From: an uncultured delta proteobacterium
GTDB taxonomy: Bacteria; Desulfobacterota; Desulfuromonadia; Geobacterales; Pseudopelobacteraceae
Assembly: GCA_963772835.1 (NCBI GenBank)
Contig: CAVYYZ010000002.1
Span: forward strand, 192,001-256,000
Length of the DNA stretch: 64,000 nucleotides
Reading direction: 5' to 3'
The notes under the pieces are model-generated. The model was not told the origin of the DNA, did no database searches, and saw nothing but the letters and a program-made list of their open reading frames with translations. Both the position numbers and the translations under genes were made by a program. The stretch's first letter is position 1; every line of letters starts with the position of its first letter. Below, in pieces: positions 19,522 to 29,832 of the stretch.

Positions 19522-19653
19522 TCAGACGGCGGCCAGGACACGTTCAATTCCGGACCGGACCTGCGCGGCAAGTTCAGCCCGTACCTTCTGCTCGACACTT
19601 CCGAACGACACATCAAACTGTTTGCCGAACGCGCATGAAGATGCAATTTCCAT
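19522..19653 (-). pseudogene. Internally deleted DUF302-like gene (43 aa)
   Basis: AGGAGG RBS; MEIASSCAFGKQFDVSFGSVEQKVRAELA joined to AQVRSGIERVLAAV, resembling DUF302 N- and C-termini without the core. Confidence 0.55.
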
Positions 19654-19687
19654 ATCATTCCTCCTGTTTTGAGATGACTGACCCGGC

Positions 19688-20125
19688 TCAATCACGAAAT
19701 TTTGCGTGGCATGCGGCACATGCCTCCTCAACTTTTCCGAATGCAATTTTTGCCCCGGCAAAATCACCTTTCTTCGCCAGAGCTACTGTAGACGTTACAG
19801 TTTTTTCCAACGCCGTTGCATGCCCCACGAACTTTTTCCGCTGTGAGACGTTTTTGTGCGGTGTGGACTTCTTCAGGTCGGGTGTCGCGGAGGTTATTCT
19901 TCCTGCTTCCGCCTCAACGGCAGCAATATCACCTTTCTCCAAAGCGGACTCCAACCCTGCTGACGCCAGAGAAAACATCGGCATCATAGCATGCATCTTC
20001 ATCATCTGGGCATCGGGGTGTACCATGGCACCATGTTTATCTATGCCGTGCGCAAATGCCGCTGCAGAGGTGATTAACATCCCTGCCACGATGCCCGCTG
20101 TGACTACTGTACTCCTTTTTTTCAT
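19688..20125 (-). CDS. Periplasmic class II cytochrome c (cytochrome c'-like)
   Basis: Signal peptide; helical body; C-terminal CAACH; His/Met-rich mature N-terminus. Confidence 0.82.
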   Translation of the reverse strand: MKKRSTVVTAGIVAGMLITSAAAFAHGIDKHGAMVHPDAQMMKMHAMMPMFSLASAGLESALEKGDIAAVEAEAGRITSATPDLKKSTPHKNVSQRKKFVGHATALEKTVTSTVALAKKGDFAGAKIAFGKVEEACAACHAKFRD

Positions 20126-20147
20126 AATTCCCCCGAAGATGTTCTGT

Positions 20148-21005
20148 TCAATGTTCTTTCACTTCCAGAGTCAGAACAGAGTCTCCCTCTGCGCGTCTCC
20201 CACGTTTATCAGTCACATCCCAGCGCACTTTGATCTGCATGTGCTCCTTGAACTGCGAAGGGTCTTTCGGTTTGAGTACGGCAGCCATGTCAAAGACAGA
20301 ATGATAGATGTCGCCCGCGAACGGTTGTCCATCCAGTGAGACAAATCTCAACTCCTTGACCTCCACCGGTCGGTCAAAAAAGGCATTCACGTCCTCAATG
20401 TTCTTCGCCCCTTTATCCCTCATGGCGGTAATACTCAAGAGTCTCGGTGGAGATGGCTGCAGGACGGCACTGTCATCGGTATCATTAGTCATGGCGCTTA
20501 ACGGACTATTCCGCCCCTCAACCTGAACCCGGATATCCTTGACGCCCTTGAACTGACGCAGGGTCAGGGCAAGCGCATGCGCGGTCGACGCTTCAGACGA
20601 CGCATCCAGTTCCTTGCTTATATTTACCGTTACTGTCCCCTGATCATCGTTGATTGATATCAGATGAATCCCGCCCGGAAACGGAATGAATTCCCCCTGA
20701 TAACTTCCGATATCCATGCCGCCCAGCAGACGTTCTATGGCGACTTTTTTGAGACTACCCTCGTCAAAGGTAAAAAACGGAAACGGAATTACCTTAGACG
20801 GCACTTTGCTCGAAGGGAAAAAGATCACAAACGCATACGCCGTTCCCTTGTCAACCGGTGGCGCCTCACCGAAATATTTTTCGTAGGCCAGCGTCGGTAT
20901 TACCTTTCCTGGGTGCGATGGCTGAGATGTTGTGGCATTCTTTTCACACCCAAGCATACCAGCAAACGTAACAATTAAAACAATCAACAGGACTATACTT
21001 TTCAT
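20148..21005 (-). CDS. GerMN-domain lipoprotein
   Basis: Lipobox MLG-C; AIERLLGG...VTVNIS...LALTLRQFKGVKDIRVQVEG GerMN pattern. Confidence 0.75.
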   Translation of the reverse strand: MKSIVLLIVLIVTFAGMLGCEKNATTSQPSHPGKVIPTLAYEKYFGEAPPVDKGTAYAFVIFFPSSKVPSKVIPFPFFTFDEGSLKKVAIERLLGGMDIGSYQGEFIPFPGGIHLISINDDQGTVTVNISKELDASSEASTAHALALTLRQFKGVKDIRVQVEGRNSPLSAMTNDTDDSAVLQPSPPRLLSITAMRDKGAKNIEDVNAFFDRPVEVKELRFVSLDGQPFAGDIYHSVFDMAAVLKPKDPSQFKEHMQIKVRWDVTDKRGRRAEGDSVLTLEVKEH

Positions 21006-21023
21006 ACGTCACTCCAAACACAG

Positions 21024-21062
21024 GCGGGGATGGTTCATCACCTTGAACCACCCCCGCTTTTT
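21024..21062. terminator. Intergenic hairpin (terminator or mRNA stabiliser)
   Basis: GCGGGGATGGTTCA-TCACCT-TGAACCACCCCCGC. Confidence 0.5.
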
Positions 21063-21080
21063 CCAGGATAATAGCCTGAC

Positions 21081-21560
21081 TTACTTGACAGTGTACCAGA
21101 ATTTACTGTTGCGAACCTTACCATCTTTCAGCTGAAACTTGCACATTATGCCGTATTTACCCTTCGCAGGCAGGGTAAAGTCGGACCCGAAACCGCCTTC
21201 CATTCCCATCAGATCTTTAACCTGCTCCGTTTTGTCCGGACCCATGACCTTTATCTTCGCCTCTCCGCCTGTCAACATTTTTCCCGACCTGGCGTCCGTG
21301 AACATAACCATAATGTGATGGGTTTCCTTCATCCCCATCTCTTTCATTTTGTGCTGAATGTCGATAACCTGGAACGTTGCCTTGACCCCGTCAACGACCT
21401 CTTCATGAGCCATTTTTCCCATAGACATGTTGCCGTCATGCTTCATGTCCATGGAGCCAGTACCGTGGTCCATCGGCATGGATCCATGATCCATAGCCGC
21501 AAAAGCTGCAGGGGATGAAAGGGCGACGACTGCTGCTACTATCAGTGTTATTTTTTTCAT
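21081..21560 (-). CDS. Periplasmic His/Met-rich protein, YtkA/FixH-like C-terminal domain
   Basis: Signal peptide; MDHGSMPMDHG...MDMKH; THHIMV; GKYGI beta-sandwich-like end. Confidence 0.72.
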   Translation of the reverse strand: MKKITLIVAAVVALSSPAAFAAMDHGSMPMDHGTGSMDMKHDGNMSMGKMAHEEVVDGVKATFQVIDIQHKMKEMGMKETHHIMVMFTDARSGKMLTGGEAKIKVMGPDKTEQVKDLMGMEGGFGSDFTLPAKGKYGIMCKFQLKDGKVRNSKFWYTVK

Positions 21561-21605
21561 TGTTCGGTCTCCTTTTTTGTTGGTTCAAATCTATATTGGA
21601 CTGTT

Positions 21606-21709
21606 AGCATTCATCATGCCAACTCGCAATGTACTGTTTTTATTATTAATACAATTTGCACCTGTTTCCAGTGTGTAGAATATTCAACAGATAGTGTCGC
21701 ATTTTCTCT
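21606..21709 (-). promoter_or_regulatory. Sigma54 promoter with IHF-like site and tandem UAS
   Basis: TTGGCATGATGAATGCT (21606-21622); IHF-like 21627-21639; GTAGAATATTCAAC (21675-21688) plus weaker copy (21696-21709). Confidence 0.78.
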
Positions 21710-21749
21710 AGCTGAAGCAGCAGATCCTGCTGAACCTTCATCGCGTAAC

Positions 21750-24215
21750 TCAGATTTTCGTACTGCGCAGCCGGAGCGCATTGCTGATAACCGAAACCGA
21801 GCTTAAACTCATGGCAGCCGCTGCAATCATGGGACTGAGCAGAATGCCGAAAAATGGGTACAAGACTCCCGCGGCCAACGGGATTCCAAGTCCGTTGTAA
21901 ATGAAGGCGAAAAAAAGATTCTGCTTGATGTTGCCCATGGTTGCCCTGCTCAGACGCAGGGCGCGGACGATGCCGCGCAGGTCACCCTTGACAAGGGTCA
22001 CTCCGGCACTCTTCATGGCGACGTCCGTTCCGGTTCCCATGGCGATCCCCACATGAGCGAGCGCCAGAGCCGGTGCATCGTTGATTCCGTCGCCAGCCAT
22101 GGCAACGAAACGCCCCTGTTCCTGAAGACGTTTTACGTGGGCCGCCTTATCTTCTGGCAGCACCTCGGCTATTACATCGTCAATACCAAGCTTACCCGCC
22201 ACCGCCAGTGCCGTGGTCCGGTTATCGCCTGTCATCATGATGATGCGGATTCCTTCGGCATGGAGCTGGCCGATGGCTTCAGCACTCGTAGACTTGACCG
22301 GATCTGCCACACCCAACAGGCCGGCCGGCTTCCCGTCGATCACTACAAACATGACCGTCTGTCCGTCGGAGCGCATTGTTTCAGCCGTTGCCGAGAGTGA
22401 TCCCGGTTCAATACTCAGTTTTTCAAGCAGTCTGCGGTTACCGAGAGCTACGTTGACTCCATCCACCAGGCCCGTAACCCCCATGCCGGTCAGAGACTGA
22501 AATTCTTCGGCTTGCTTCGGGGTCACCCCGCGTTTTTCCGCACCGGCGACGATTGCCGCAGCCAGCGGGTGTTCGCTCCCCCGCTCCAGACTGGAAGCAA
22601 GCAGCAGCAGGCGCTCCGCTGACACCCCCCCTACCGGTTCAACTGAAATCAGATGCGGTTTCCCCTCGGTGAGCGTTCCGGTCTTATCGATCACCAGAGT
22701 ATCTATCTTGCGCAGCAGTTCAATGGCTTCGGCATTCTTGAACAGGACTCCCATCGTTGCTCCTTTGCCGGTCGCAACCATGATCGACATGGGAGTGGCC
22801 AGTCCAAGCGCACAGGGACATGCGATTATCAGAACCGCAACCGCATTGATCAGGGCATGTGCCAGACGCGGGTCCGGTCCGAAGTAGGCCCAGACAACAA
22901 AGGTAATCAGAGCCGACAAAAAAACCGCCGGTACAAACCAGCCGGCGACCTGATCAACAAGTTTCTGTACCGGCGCGCGGCTCCGCTGGGCATCCGCCAC
23001 CATCTGAACGATCTGGGCCAGAAGAGTGTCGGCCCCGACTTTTTCAGCGCGCATCACCAGCGAACCGGTACCGTTGATCGTAGCCCCGGTGATTTTACTG
23101 CCGTTCTCCTTCTCGACCGGCAGCGGCTCGCCGGTAAGCATCGATTCGTCGACGCTGCTCGTCCCTTCGATTACCGTTCCGTCCACCGGCACCTTTTCAC
23201 CCGGACGGACTCGCAGCCGGTCTCCAGGCTGCACCTGTCCCAGCGGGATATCTTCCTCAGTGCCGTCGTCACGCATGATTCTGGCGCTCTTGGGGGCCAA
23301 ACCGAGCAGCGCTTTTATGGCTGCTCCGGTCCGGGTACGGGCGCGGATTTCCAGTACCTGCCCGAGTAGTACGAGGGCCACTATTACTGCGGCGGCTTCG
23401 AAGTACACTGCGACGCTGCCGTCCACGCCCTGGAATGATGGAGGGAATACTGACGGGATAAAGGTTGCAATCAGACTGTAGACGTAGGAGACGCCGACAC
23501 CCAGACCTATCAGGGTAAACATGTTGAGGTTCCAGGTCCGGAGCGACTGCCACGCCTTGACGAAAAACGGCCACCCGCCCCAGATGACTACCGGTGTGGC
23601 AAGAGCACACTCCAGCCAGCCTGTGGCCTGCTGTGAAATCGGGAGAGAGAGCGAAAATCCGGCCAGCGCATCCCCCATTGCGATCAAAAAGAGCGGCACT
23701 GTCAGAGCAACACTGATCCAGAAGCGTCGCTGCATGTCAAAAAGCTCCGGATTTTCTTCATCATCGGCAGAAACAATACGCGGTTCCAGAGCCATGCCGC
23801 ACTTTGGGCAATCGCCCGGTGCCTGACGCACAATTTCCGGATGCATCGGGCAGACATACTCGGTTTTTTCCACAGTAACTGTCGGGGTTATCGGTTCAAG
23901 AGCCATCCCGCATTTTGGGCACGGTCCCGGACCTTCCTGTCGCACCTCCGGATGCATCGGGCAGGTATAAATGCCTCCTGTTGCATCACGCTGCACATCG
24001 GAAACTGCCGTAGCCATATCGGGATGTATGTCCCCGGAGATAAACTCATCAGGGTTTTTTACAAACCGCTCCCCGCAGTGCACACTGCAGAAAAAGTACG
24101 TACTTCCGTTATGCTCGTGGCTGGCGGCGGCAGTGGAGATATCAACATCCATACCGCAGACCGGATCTGTGCTGACGCCGCCGGCATTTCCATGATGCGT
24201 ATGGTCATGGTTCAT
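21750..24215 (-). CDS. copA: Cu(I)/Ag(I)-translocating P1B-type ATPase with YHS and two heavy-metal-binding domains
   Basis: DPVCGM..YFFCS..C; two YxCPMHP..CPKCGM; TGE, CPC, DKTGTLT, GDGIND, YN and MSLSS. Confidence 0.95.
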   Translation of the reverse strand: MNHDHTHHGNAGGVSTDPVCGMDVDISTAAASHEHNGSTYFFCSVHCGERFVKNPDEFISGDIHPDMATAVSDVQRDATGGIYTCPMHPEVRQEGPGPCPKCGMALEPITPTVTVEKTEYVCPMHPEIVRQAPGDCPKCGMALEPRIVSADDEENPELFDMQRRFWISVALTVPLFLIAMGDALAGFSLSLPISQQATGWLECALATPVVIWGGWPFFVKAWQSLRTWNLNMFTLIGLGVGVSYVYSLIATFIPSVFPPSFQGVDGSVAVYFEAAAVIVALVLLGQVLEIRARTRTGAAIKALLGLAPKSARIMRDDGTEEDIPLGQVQPGDRLRVRPGEKVPVDGTVIEGTSSVDESMLTGEPLPVEKENGSKITGATINGTGSLVMRAEKVGADTLLAQIVQMVADAQRSRAPVQKLVDQVAGWFVPAVFLSALITFVVWAYFGPDPRLAHALINAVAVLIIACPCALGLATPMSIMVATGKGATMGVLFKNAEAIELLRKIDTLVIDKTGTLTEGKPHLISVEPVGGVSAERLLLLASSLERGSEHPLAAAIVAGAEKRGVTPKQAEEFQSLTGMGVTGLVDGVNVALGNRRLLEKLSIEPGSLSATAETMRSDGQTVMFVVIDGKPAGLLGVADPVKSTSAEAIGQLHAEGIRIIMMTGDNRTTALAVAGKLGIDDVIAEVLPEDKAAHVKRLQEQGRFVAMAGDGINDAPALALAHVGIAMGTGTDVAMKSAGVTLVKGDLRGIVRALRLSRATMGNIKQNLFFAFIYNGLGIPLAAGVLYPFFGILLSPMIAAAAMSLSSVSVISNALRLRSTKI

Positions 24216-24271
24216 GAATAATCCCCTTTATTGTACTGGTTGATCTGGGTGCATTTATTGTACTGGCGGAT

Positions 24272-24280
24272 ATTATAACA
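24272..24280 (-). promoter_or_regulatory. Extended -10 sigma70-type promoter for copA
   Basis: TGTTATAAT on the minus strand about 60 nt upstream of the copA ATG. Confidence 0.55.
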
Positions 24281-24322
24281 TACTTACTTTGACAACTGAA
24301 CGATACGCCGTAGAAGCGTAAA

Positions 24323-24346
24323 GGGCAGCCGTACAAACGGCTGCCC
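24323..24346 (-). terminator. Hairpin after small Met/Cys protein gene
   Basis: GGGCAGCCGT-ACAA-ACGGCTGCCC, perfect 10-bp stem. Confidence 0.6.
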
Positions 24347-24352
24347 GAAGAT

Positions 24353-24670
24353 TTACCTGCCGCCTTTTTCAAGTTCTATCAGGGTTTTCTGAGCATCCTC
24401 AAGATTAGCCTTCAGCTTTCTCAGCTGATCGAGAGTATACGTGTCCCCCTTGCTAGTGATTGCGGACTGAAGCTTTTGAATCCTCTGCTGAATCGTGTCG
24501 GTCTCCTGGCTGCAGTTTCTAAGGAGTGCATCACACTCTTTTGCACATTGGGCATCCATCTGCTGCTGACTCTGCGTGTTACTATGATCCATTGTCATAT
24601 CCATTGCCATAGCCGGCACTGCCGCGGCGAAAAGTGATGCTGCCATAAGTACTGCCATTTTCGTTTTCAT
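24353..24670 (-). CDS. Small secreted Met/Cys helical protein, paralog 1
   Basis: GGAGG RBS; signal peptide; MDMTMDH; C-x3-C-x6-C; coiled-coil-like DTIQQRIQKLQ..YTLDQL. Confidence 0.8.
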   Translation of the reverse strand: MKTKMAVLMAASLFAAAVPAMAMDMTMDHSNTQSQQQMDAQCAKECDALLRNCSQETDTIQQRIQKLQSAITSKGDTYTLDQLRKLKANLEDAQKTLIELEKGGR

Positions 24671-24719
24671 TGTTATTTCCTCCATAGAATGATTTGAACT
24701 GCTGTATGTCTTACTATAA

Positions 24720-24835
24720 AGCATAGGCCGTGCCAACAGCATAACATGCCGATAATATTTGTTTTTATTATATTTAACTGCTGGTAACGCTTCCTGAATT
24801 CAGAATATCACACAGTGATGCGTAGAATATCCCAC
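24720..24835 (-). promoter_or_regulatory. Sigma54 promoter with IHF-like site and tandem UAS
   Basis: TTGGCACGGCCTATGCT (24720-24736); TATCGGCATGTTA (24742-24754); UAS at 24800-24813 and GTAGAATATCCCAC at 24822-24835. Confidence 0.8.
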
Positions 24836-25092
24836 GCAATACCACAGATAATTACTGTGCTATCTGGTTTCCGGACACCGTTTTATTCTGATTGATTTGG
24901 AAGAAGGCAGGACCGTTCAAGACTAACCTCGTGAATACGACATCGTGCTCCTGTCACTGATGGTTTTGGTGCAGCAGGGGTGAGGATGTTCATCCTATCG
25001 TAACCGGGAGAGCAGAAGGCAAACGGCATGTGAAACCTTCGGTATCAGGATGGGGATGGAGGCAGCAGCGGAATGAGCCGGTTTAAAGCGGA

Positions 25093-25135
25093 GGCACCTC
25101 CGGTGTGATGACAACGTCATCACACCGGAGGTGCC
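25093..25135. repeat. Perfect 20-bp inverted repeat downstream of cusA
   Basis: GGCACCTCCGGTGTGATGAC-AAC-GTCATCACACCGGAGGTGCC. Confidence 0.9.
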
Positions 25136-25173
25136 GGGGGAAAAATACTATGAAAGCAGTTTTGTCACACTCC

Positions 25174-28100
25174 TTAATGCTTCATTCCCGAATAATGCAG
25201 CTTCCCTTTTTTCAGATCCCGCTTCTTCATCAGCACAAAGATCACCGGTGTCATGATGAGAACATGTACGGCTGACGAGATCATCCCGCCGATCATCGGC
25301 GCTGCGATCGGTTTCATCACATCTGCCCCGGTGCCGGTTGACCACATAATCGGAATCAGACCGAGGAGAGCCACCGCGACGGTCATCAGCTTGGGGCGCA
25401 GGCGCAGCACCGCACCTTCGAAGGTCGCATCGTAAATATCCTGTTCAGTGCATGGCCCGTTGATCAGCTTCTTGTCCAACGCTTCGTGCAGGTAGATAAC
25501 CATGACCACCCCGGTCTCCACGGCGATGCCGTACAGGGCGATGAAACCGACCCAGACCGCCACCGACAGGTTATATCCCAGTGCCGAGACCAGGTAGACC
25601 CCTCCGACCAGGGCAAAGGGTACCGAGAGCATGACCATGCTCGCCTCCAGCGCCGAGTGGAACGTGAAGTAGAGCAGGATGAAGATGATCACCAGGCCGA
25701 GAGGAATCAGTACCTGCAGGCGTGCCTTGGCGCGCAGCTGGTTCTCCCACTGCCCGGACCAGACCACGTAATAACCGGCGGGGAGCTTAAGGTTCTTTTC
25801 CAGAACCTGCTTGGCTTCGGTGACAAAGCCACCCATGTCGCGGCCGCGCACGTTCAGGAAGACCAGTGAGCGCAACAGGCCACCCTCGCTGTTGATCTCC
25901 GGTGCACCGGTTGATATTTTGAGCTTCGTCACCAGCGACAGAGGCACCTGGGCGCCATCCATCCCGCCCACGAGAATACGGCGGATTGCCGGGATATTGT
26001 CCCGGTAGTCACGCATATAGCGCAGACGGATAGGGAAGCGGTTTCGTCCCTCAACGGATGTTGAAAGCATCTCACCGCCCAGAGCGGTTTCAATGATTGA
26101 CTGAATATCCCCGACGCTGACGCCGTAACGGGCGGCAGCCTCGCGGTCAATATCGATGTCTATGTAGTTGCCGCCGGTGACCCGTTCTGCGACCACATCC
26201 GCTGCGCCGTTGATCGGCTTGAGGATCGTTTCGGCCTGTAGAGCCAGATCTTTGAGTACGTTCAAATCGTTACCGAAGATTTTGACTCCAAGGTCGGTAC
26301 GCACCCCGGTGGAGAGCATGTTTATGCGGTTGATGATCGGCTGGGTCCAGCCGTTACGTACACCGATCTGCTGGAGCTTGGAGTCGAGTTCGGCTACGAT
26401 ATCGGCTTTCTTGATCCCCGGACGCCACGTTTCTTTGGGCTTGAGGATGATGATACTCTCGAACATCGAAACCGGTGCCGGGTCGGTGGAAGTCTCGGCA
26501 CGGCCGACCTTGCCGAGCACGTGTTCGACCTCGGGAACCCCCATTATAATCTTGTCCTGAACCTGTATCAGCCGCTTTGCCTCGGTAATCGATACATTGG
26601 GAAGCGTAACCGGCATGTAGAGCAGCGATCCCTCGTCAAGTGGTGGCATGAACTCGGAGCCCAGATTCATGAACATCGGCACGGCAATCGCCAGGGCCAG
26701 TAGATTCAGGGCGATGGTGGTCTTTTTCCAGACCAGCACCCAGCGGATAACCGGTGAATACAGTCTTATGAAGAAGGTAGAAACCGGGTTGGCGCTCTCC
26801 GGCGGCATCCTGCCCCGCATGAAGTAATACATCAGCACCGGCACCAACGTGATGGCTATCACTGCAGAACCCATCATGGAGAAGGTCTTGGTGAAGGCGA
26901 GCGGATGGAACAGCTTCCCCTCCTGCCCTTCCAGCATGAAGACCGGGACAAAGGAGAGAACTATGATCGCCAAGGAGAAGAAGATCGCCCGGCCGACCTG
27001 TTTGGCCGAGGCAATGACGACCTCAAGCCGCTTTGCCTCCCGTTCTCCGGCCGGCATCTCGGAGAGTTGGCGGTAACAGTTCTCCACCATGATCACCCCG
27101 GCGTCAACAAGGACACCGATGGCGATGGCAATACCACCCAGTGACATGATATTGGAGGAGACCCCCATCAGCTTCATGGTAATAAAGGCGATCAGCACTG
27201 AAATCGGCAGGGTCAGCACAATGACAAGGGCGCTCTGGAAGTGGAGCAGAAAAGCCAGGATCACCAGTGACACCACCACCGATTCCTCGAACAGAGAGTG
27301 TTTGAGGGTGTCAATTGCCCGGGCAATCAAATCGGAGCGGTCGTAGGAAACTTTGATCTTGACCCCTGGAGGCAGCCCTTTCTCCAGCTCCGTTATTTTC
27401 ACTTTGACACGATCGATAACAGCCTTGGCATTTTCTCCGTAGCGCATGACGACGATGCCGCCAACCGCTTCACCTTCGCCGTTCATCTCCAGCAAACCGC
27501 GCCGGATGGCGCCTCCCATCTGGACGACTCCCAGATTTTTGATGTAGATCGGCGTACCGCGCATGTCGGCGCCGACGACGATGTTCTCAAGGTCCTCCTT
27601 GGACTTGATGTATCCCTGTCCCCGGATCAGATATTCGGCATCGGCCTGTTCGATCAGCCGCCCCCCCACATCCTTGTTGGAAACCTTGACCGCATCCATG
27701 ATCTTGGCAACCTTTATGTTGTAGGCGAACAGTTTGTTCGGGTCGAGATCGATCTGATATTCCCGCACCAGACCACCGATGGAGGCCACCTCTGCCACCC
27801 CTTGGACGGTGTTGAGCTGATAGCGCACAAACCAGTCCTGCAGAGTGCGCAGCTGCTCCAGGTCATACCCCTTCCCCTCGATTGTATACCAGAAAACATG
27901 CCCGACACCGGTACCGTCAGGACCGAGCGTCGGAGTAACTCCGGGGGGAAGAAGTGAAGCGGCGTAATTGAGGCGTTCCAGAACACGGGTTCGTGCCCAG
28001 TAGATGTCGGCCTTGTCTTCGAAGATGACGTAAATCATCGAGAATCCGAAGGCGGATGAGGCACGCACGGCGCGGACCATGGGGAGCCCCTGCAGGTTGA

Positions 28101-28311
28101 CCGCCAGCGGGTAAGTGACCTGATCTTCCACCACCTGCGGAGAACGGCCGGGGTAGTCGGTGAAGACGATCACCTGATTGTCGGAGAGGTCAGGAATGGC
28201 ATCAACCGGGGTCTTGTAGACCGACCAGACCCCCCAGCCGATAATCAGCCCGAACATCATCAGAACAATGACCCGGTTACGGGCGGAATATTCTATAATT
28301 TTCTCGATCAT
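25174..28311 (-). CDS. cusA: CusA/CzcA heavy-metal RND permease
   Basis: DAIPDLSDNQVIV, LGPDGTGVG, GSEFMPPLDEG, RINMLSTG, RLRPKLMT; start MIEKIIE at 28311. Confidence 0.95.
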   Translation of the reverse strand: MIEKIIEYSARNRVIVLMMFGLIIGWGVWSVYKTPVDAIPDLSDNQVIVFTDYPGRSPQVVEDQVTYPLAVNLQGLPMVRAVRASSAFGFSMIYVIFEDKADIYWARTRVLERLNYAASLLPPGVTPTLGPDGTGVGHVFWYTIEGKGYDLEQLRTLQDWFVRYQLNTVQGVAEVASIGGLVREYQIDLDPNKLFAYNIKVAKIMDAVKVSNKDVGGRLIEQADAEYLIRGQGYIKSKEDLENIVVGADMRGTPIYIKNLGVVQMGGAIRRGLLEMNGEGEAVGGIVVMRYGENAKAVIDRVKVKITELEKGLPPGVKIKVSYDRSDLIARAIDTLKHSLFEESVVVSLVILAFLLHFQSALVIVLTLPISVLIAFITMKLMGVSSNIMSLGGIAIAIGVLVDAGVIMVENCYRQLSEMPAGEREAKRLEVVIASAKQVGRAIFFSLAIIVLSFVPVFMLEGQEGKLFHPLAFTKTFSMMGSAVIAITLVPVLMYYFMRGRMPPESANPVSTFFIRLYSPVIRWVLVWKKTTIALNLLALAIAVPMFMNLGSEFMPPLDEGSLLYMPVTLPNVSITEAKRLIQVQDKIIMGVPEVEHVLGKVGRAETSTDPAPVSMFESIIILKPKETWRPGIKKADIVAELDSKLQQIGVRNGWTQPIINRINMLSTGVRTDLGVKIFGNDLNVLKDLALQAETILKPINGAADVVAERVTGGNYIDIDIDREAAARYGVSVGDIQSIIETALGGEMLSTSVEGRNRFPIRLRYMRDYRDNIPAIRRILVGGMDGAQVPLSLVTKLKISTGAPEINSEGGLLRSLVFLNVRGRDMGGFVTEAKQVLEKNLKLPAGYYVVWSGQWENQLRAKARLQVLIPLGLVIIFILLYFTFHSALEASMVMLSVPFALVGGVYLVSALGYNLSVAVWVGFIALYGIAVETGVVMVIYLHEALDKKLINGPCTEQDIYDATFEGAVLRLRPKLMTVAVALLGLIPIMWSTGTGADVMKPIAAPMIGGMISSAVHVLIMTPVIFVLMKKRDLKKGKLHYSGMKH

Positions 28312-28324
28312 TATGTATGCCCTT

Positions 28325-28413
28325 GTAGGGGCAGCCCATGTGGCTGCCCGACTTTTGGTGGCCAAAATGTTTTGGTGCGTTTCGATAAGGGCGGCCACGC
28401 GGGCCGCCCCTAC
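28325..28413. repeat. REPIN-like element (two inverted GTAG-type REP units)
   Basis: GTAGGGGCAGCCCATGTGGCTGCCC...GGGCGGCCACGCGGGCCGCCCCTAC. Confidence 0.75.
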
Positions 28414-28415
28414 GA

Positions 28416-29807
28416 TCACATCTTCATGTCATCCATTTTCAGAGACTTTTTCGGTACCGGTTGCGGTGACGGGGTACCAGAAGACGGCATCGCGCCCTTC
28501 GGTTCATCCATCTTCATGCCGGGCATGCTTTCATGACCGCCCCCCTTCAGCTGAGATTCGGAGTCGATCAGGTACCCGCCGGATACCGCCACCTTGTCTC
28601 CCGGATTGATTCCCGACATAATCTGAATCTTATCGTCGGTCCGTTGTCCGACCTGGACATCGCGAGGTTCGAACATCCCCGGAGAGCTCTCCACCCAGAC
28701 GACCTGACGTTTACCGGTATCCATGACGGCGGTGACAGGCACAACTATTGCCGAACCGAGCGGTATCTTGATGATGGCATTGACGAACATGTCAGGTTTC
28801 AGCCTCATACCGGGGTTGGACATTTCAACGCGCGCCTTGACGGTCCTGGTTTTGGGATCGAGAAAGGGATATATGTAGGAAATTCTTCCGGTAAAAGGTT
28901 TGCCGGGAAATGACTGTGAACGGATCTCAACCTTTTGACCGAGATGAATATTCGGGAATTCATTCTCGTACACCTCAACCTCCACCCAGACACTGGACAG
29001 GTCGGCAACATTGAACAGAACCTCACCAACATTTACGTACTGACCCTGCTGCACCATCTTCTCAATAACGATACCGGAGATGGGGGTGTAGATCGGGAGG
29101 CGGATATTCGGTTTTCCTGTCTTCTCCAAATCTGCAATCTGGCTCTCCTTGACACCGAAGAGCATCAGCCTCTGCCTGGCCGAGGCCACCAGACCATCAC
29201 CATTCTGTGATATGGAGGGGATCGGAGAATTTTTCAACTGTTCGCGGCTTTTGACCGCCAGCAGATATTCCTGTTGTGTTGCGACCAGATCAGGGGAGTA
29301 CACTTCCGCCACAGGCTTGTCTTTTGACACAACAGCACCCACGGTATTTACATTAAGGCGGTCGATCCGACCTGCAATCCAGGCGGTCGCCTTTGCCTGA
29401 CGCGACTGGTCGTACTGCACAATGCCGACGGCGTTGATCTCTTTATTGAGGATGCTCTTTTTCGCTTCAACCGTTGCCACATTAGCCATGATCCTTTGAG
29501 TTGCAGACATGGATACATGGCCGAGCATATCGGCCTGTTTTTTCTGCTCCGGGGTCATGGCGGCCCCGTCGGCAGGCGCATTGTCAATCTTCTTGATCAG
29601 TTCCATGCCGCAGATAGGGCAGGTGCCGGGCTTATCCTTGATGATGAAGGGATGCATGGAGCAGGTGTAGAGCTGTTTGCCCTCAGCAGCCTTCTGCTCC
29701 GTCGCCGGTACGGAATGCTGTTTCTGCCACAGAAACCAGCCGCCGCCTGCTGCAGAAGCGAGAAGAATTACCAACAACGGAATTGCCATTTTCTTGTTCA
29801 GGGCCAT
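28416..29807 (-). CDS. cusB: CusB-type RND periplasmic adaptor with heavy-metal-binding domain
   Basis: Own GAGG RBS and N-terminal anchor; YTCSMHP..CPICGM; YSPDL, LKPDM; Met-rich tail. Confidence 0.9.
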   Translation of the reverse strand: MALNKKMAIPLLVILLASAAGGGWFLWQKQHSVPATEQKAAEGKQLYTCSMHPFIIKDKPGTCPICGMELIKKIDNAPADGAAMTPEQKKQADMLGHVSMSATQRIMANVATVEAKKSILNKEINAVGIVQYDQSRQAKATAWIAGRIDRLNVNTVGAVVSKDKPVAEVYSPDLVATQQEYLLAVKSREQLKNSPIPSISQNGDGLVASARQRLMLFGVKESQIADLEKTGKPNIRLPIYTPISGIVIEKMVQQGQYVNVGEVLFNVADLSSVWVEVEVYENEFPNIHLGQKVEIRSQSFPGKPFTGRISYIYPFLDPKTRTVKARVEMSNPGMRLKPDMFVNAIIKIPLGSAIVVPVTAVMDTGKRQVVWVESSPGMFEPRDVQVGQRTDDKIQIMSGINPGDKVAVSGGYLIDSESQLKGGGHESMPGMKMDEPKGAMPSSGTPSPQPVPKKSLKMDDMKM

Positions 29808-29832
29808 GATCGTACCTCGTATATGATGAATT

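Noticed and set aside
28283..28296. UAS-like GCGGAATATTCTAT within the first codons of cusA
   Set aside because: Single copy inside coding sequence with no partner site, IHF site or sigma54 box at the expected distance.
28312..28419. N-terminal extension of CusA (and of the ATPase at 35832-35903) in the ORF track
   Set aside because: The extensions translate the REP palindromes; the family-typical N-termini begin at 28311 and 35831.
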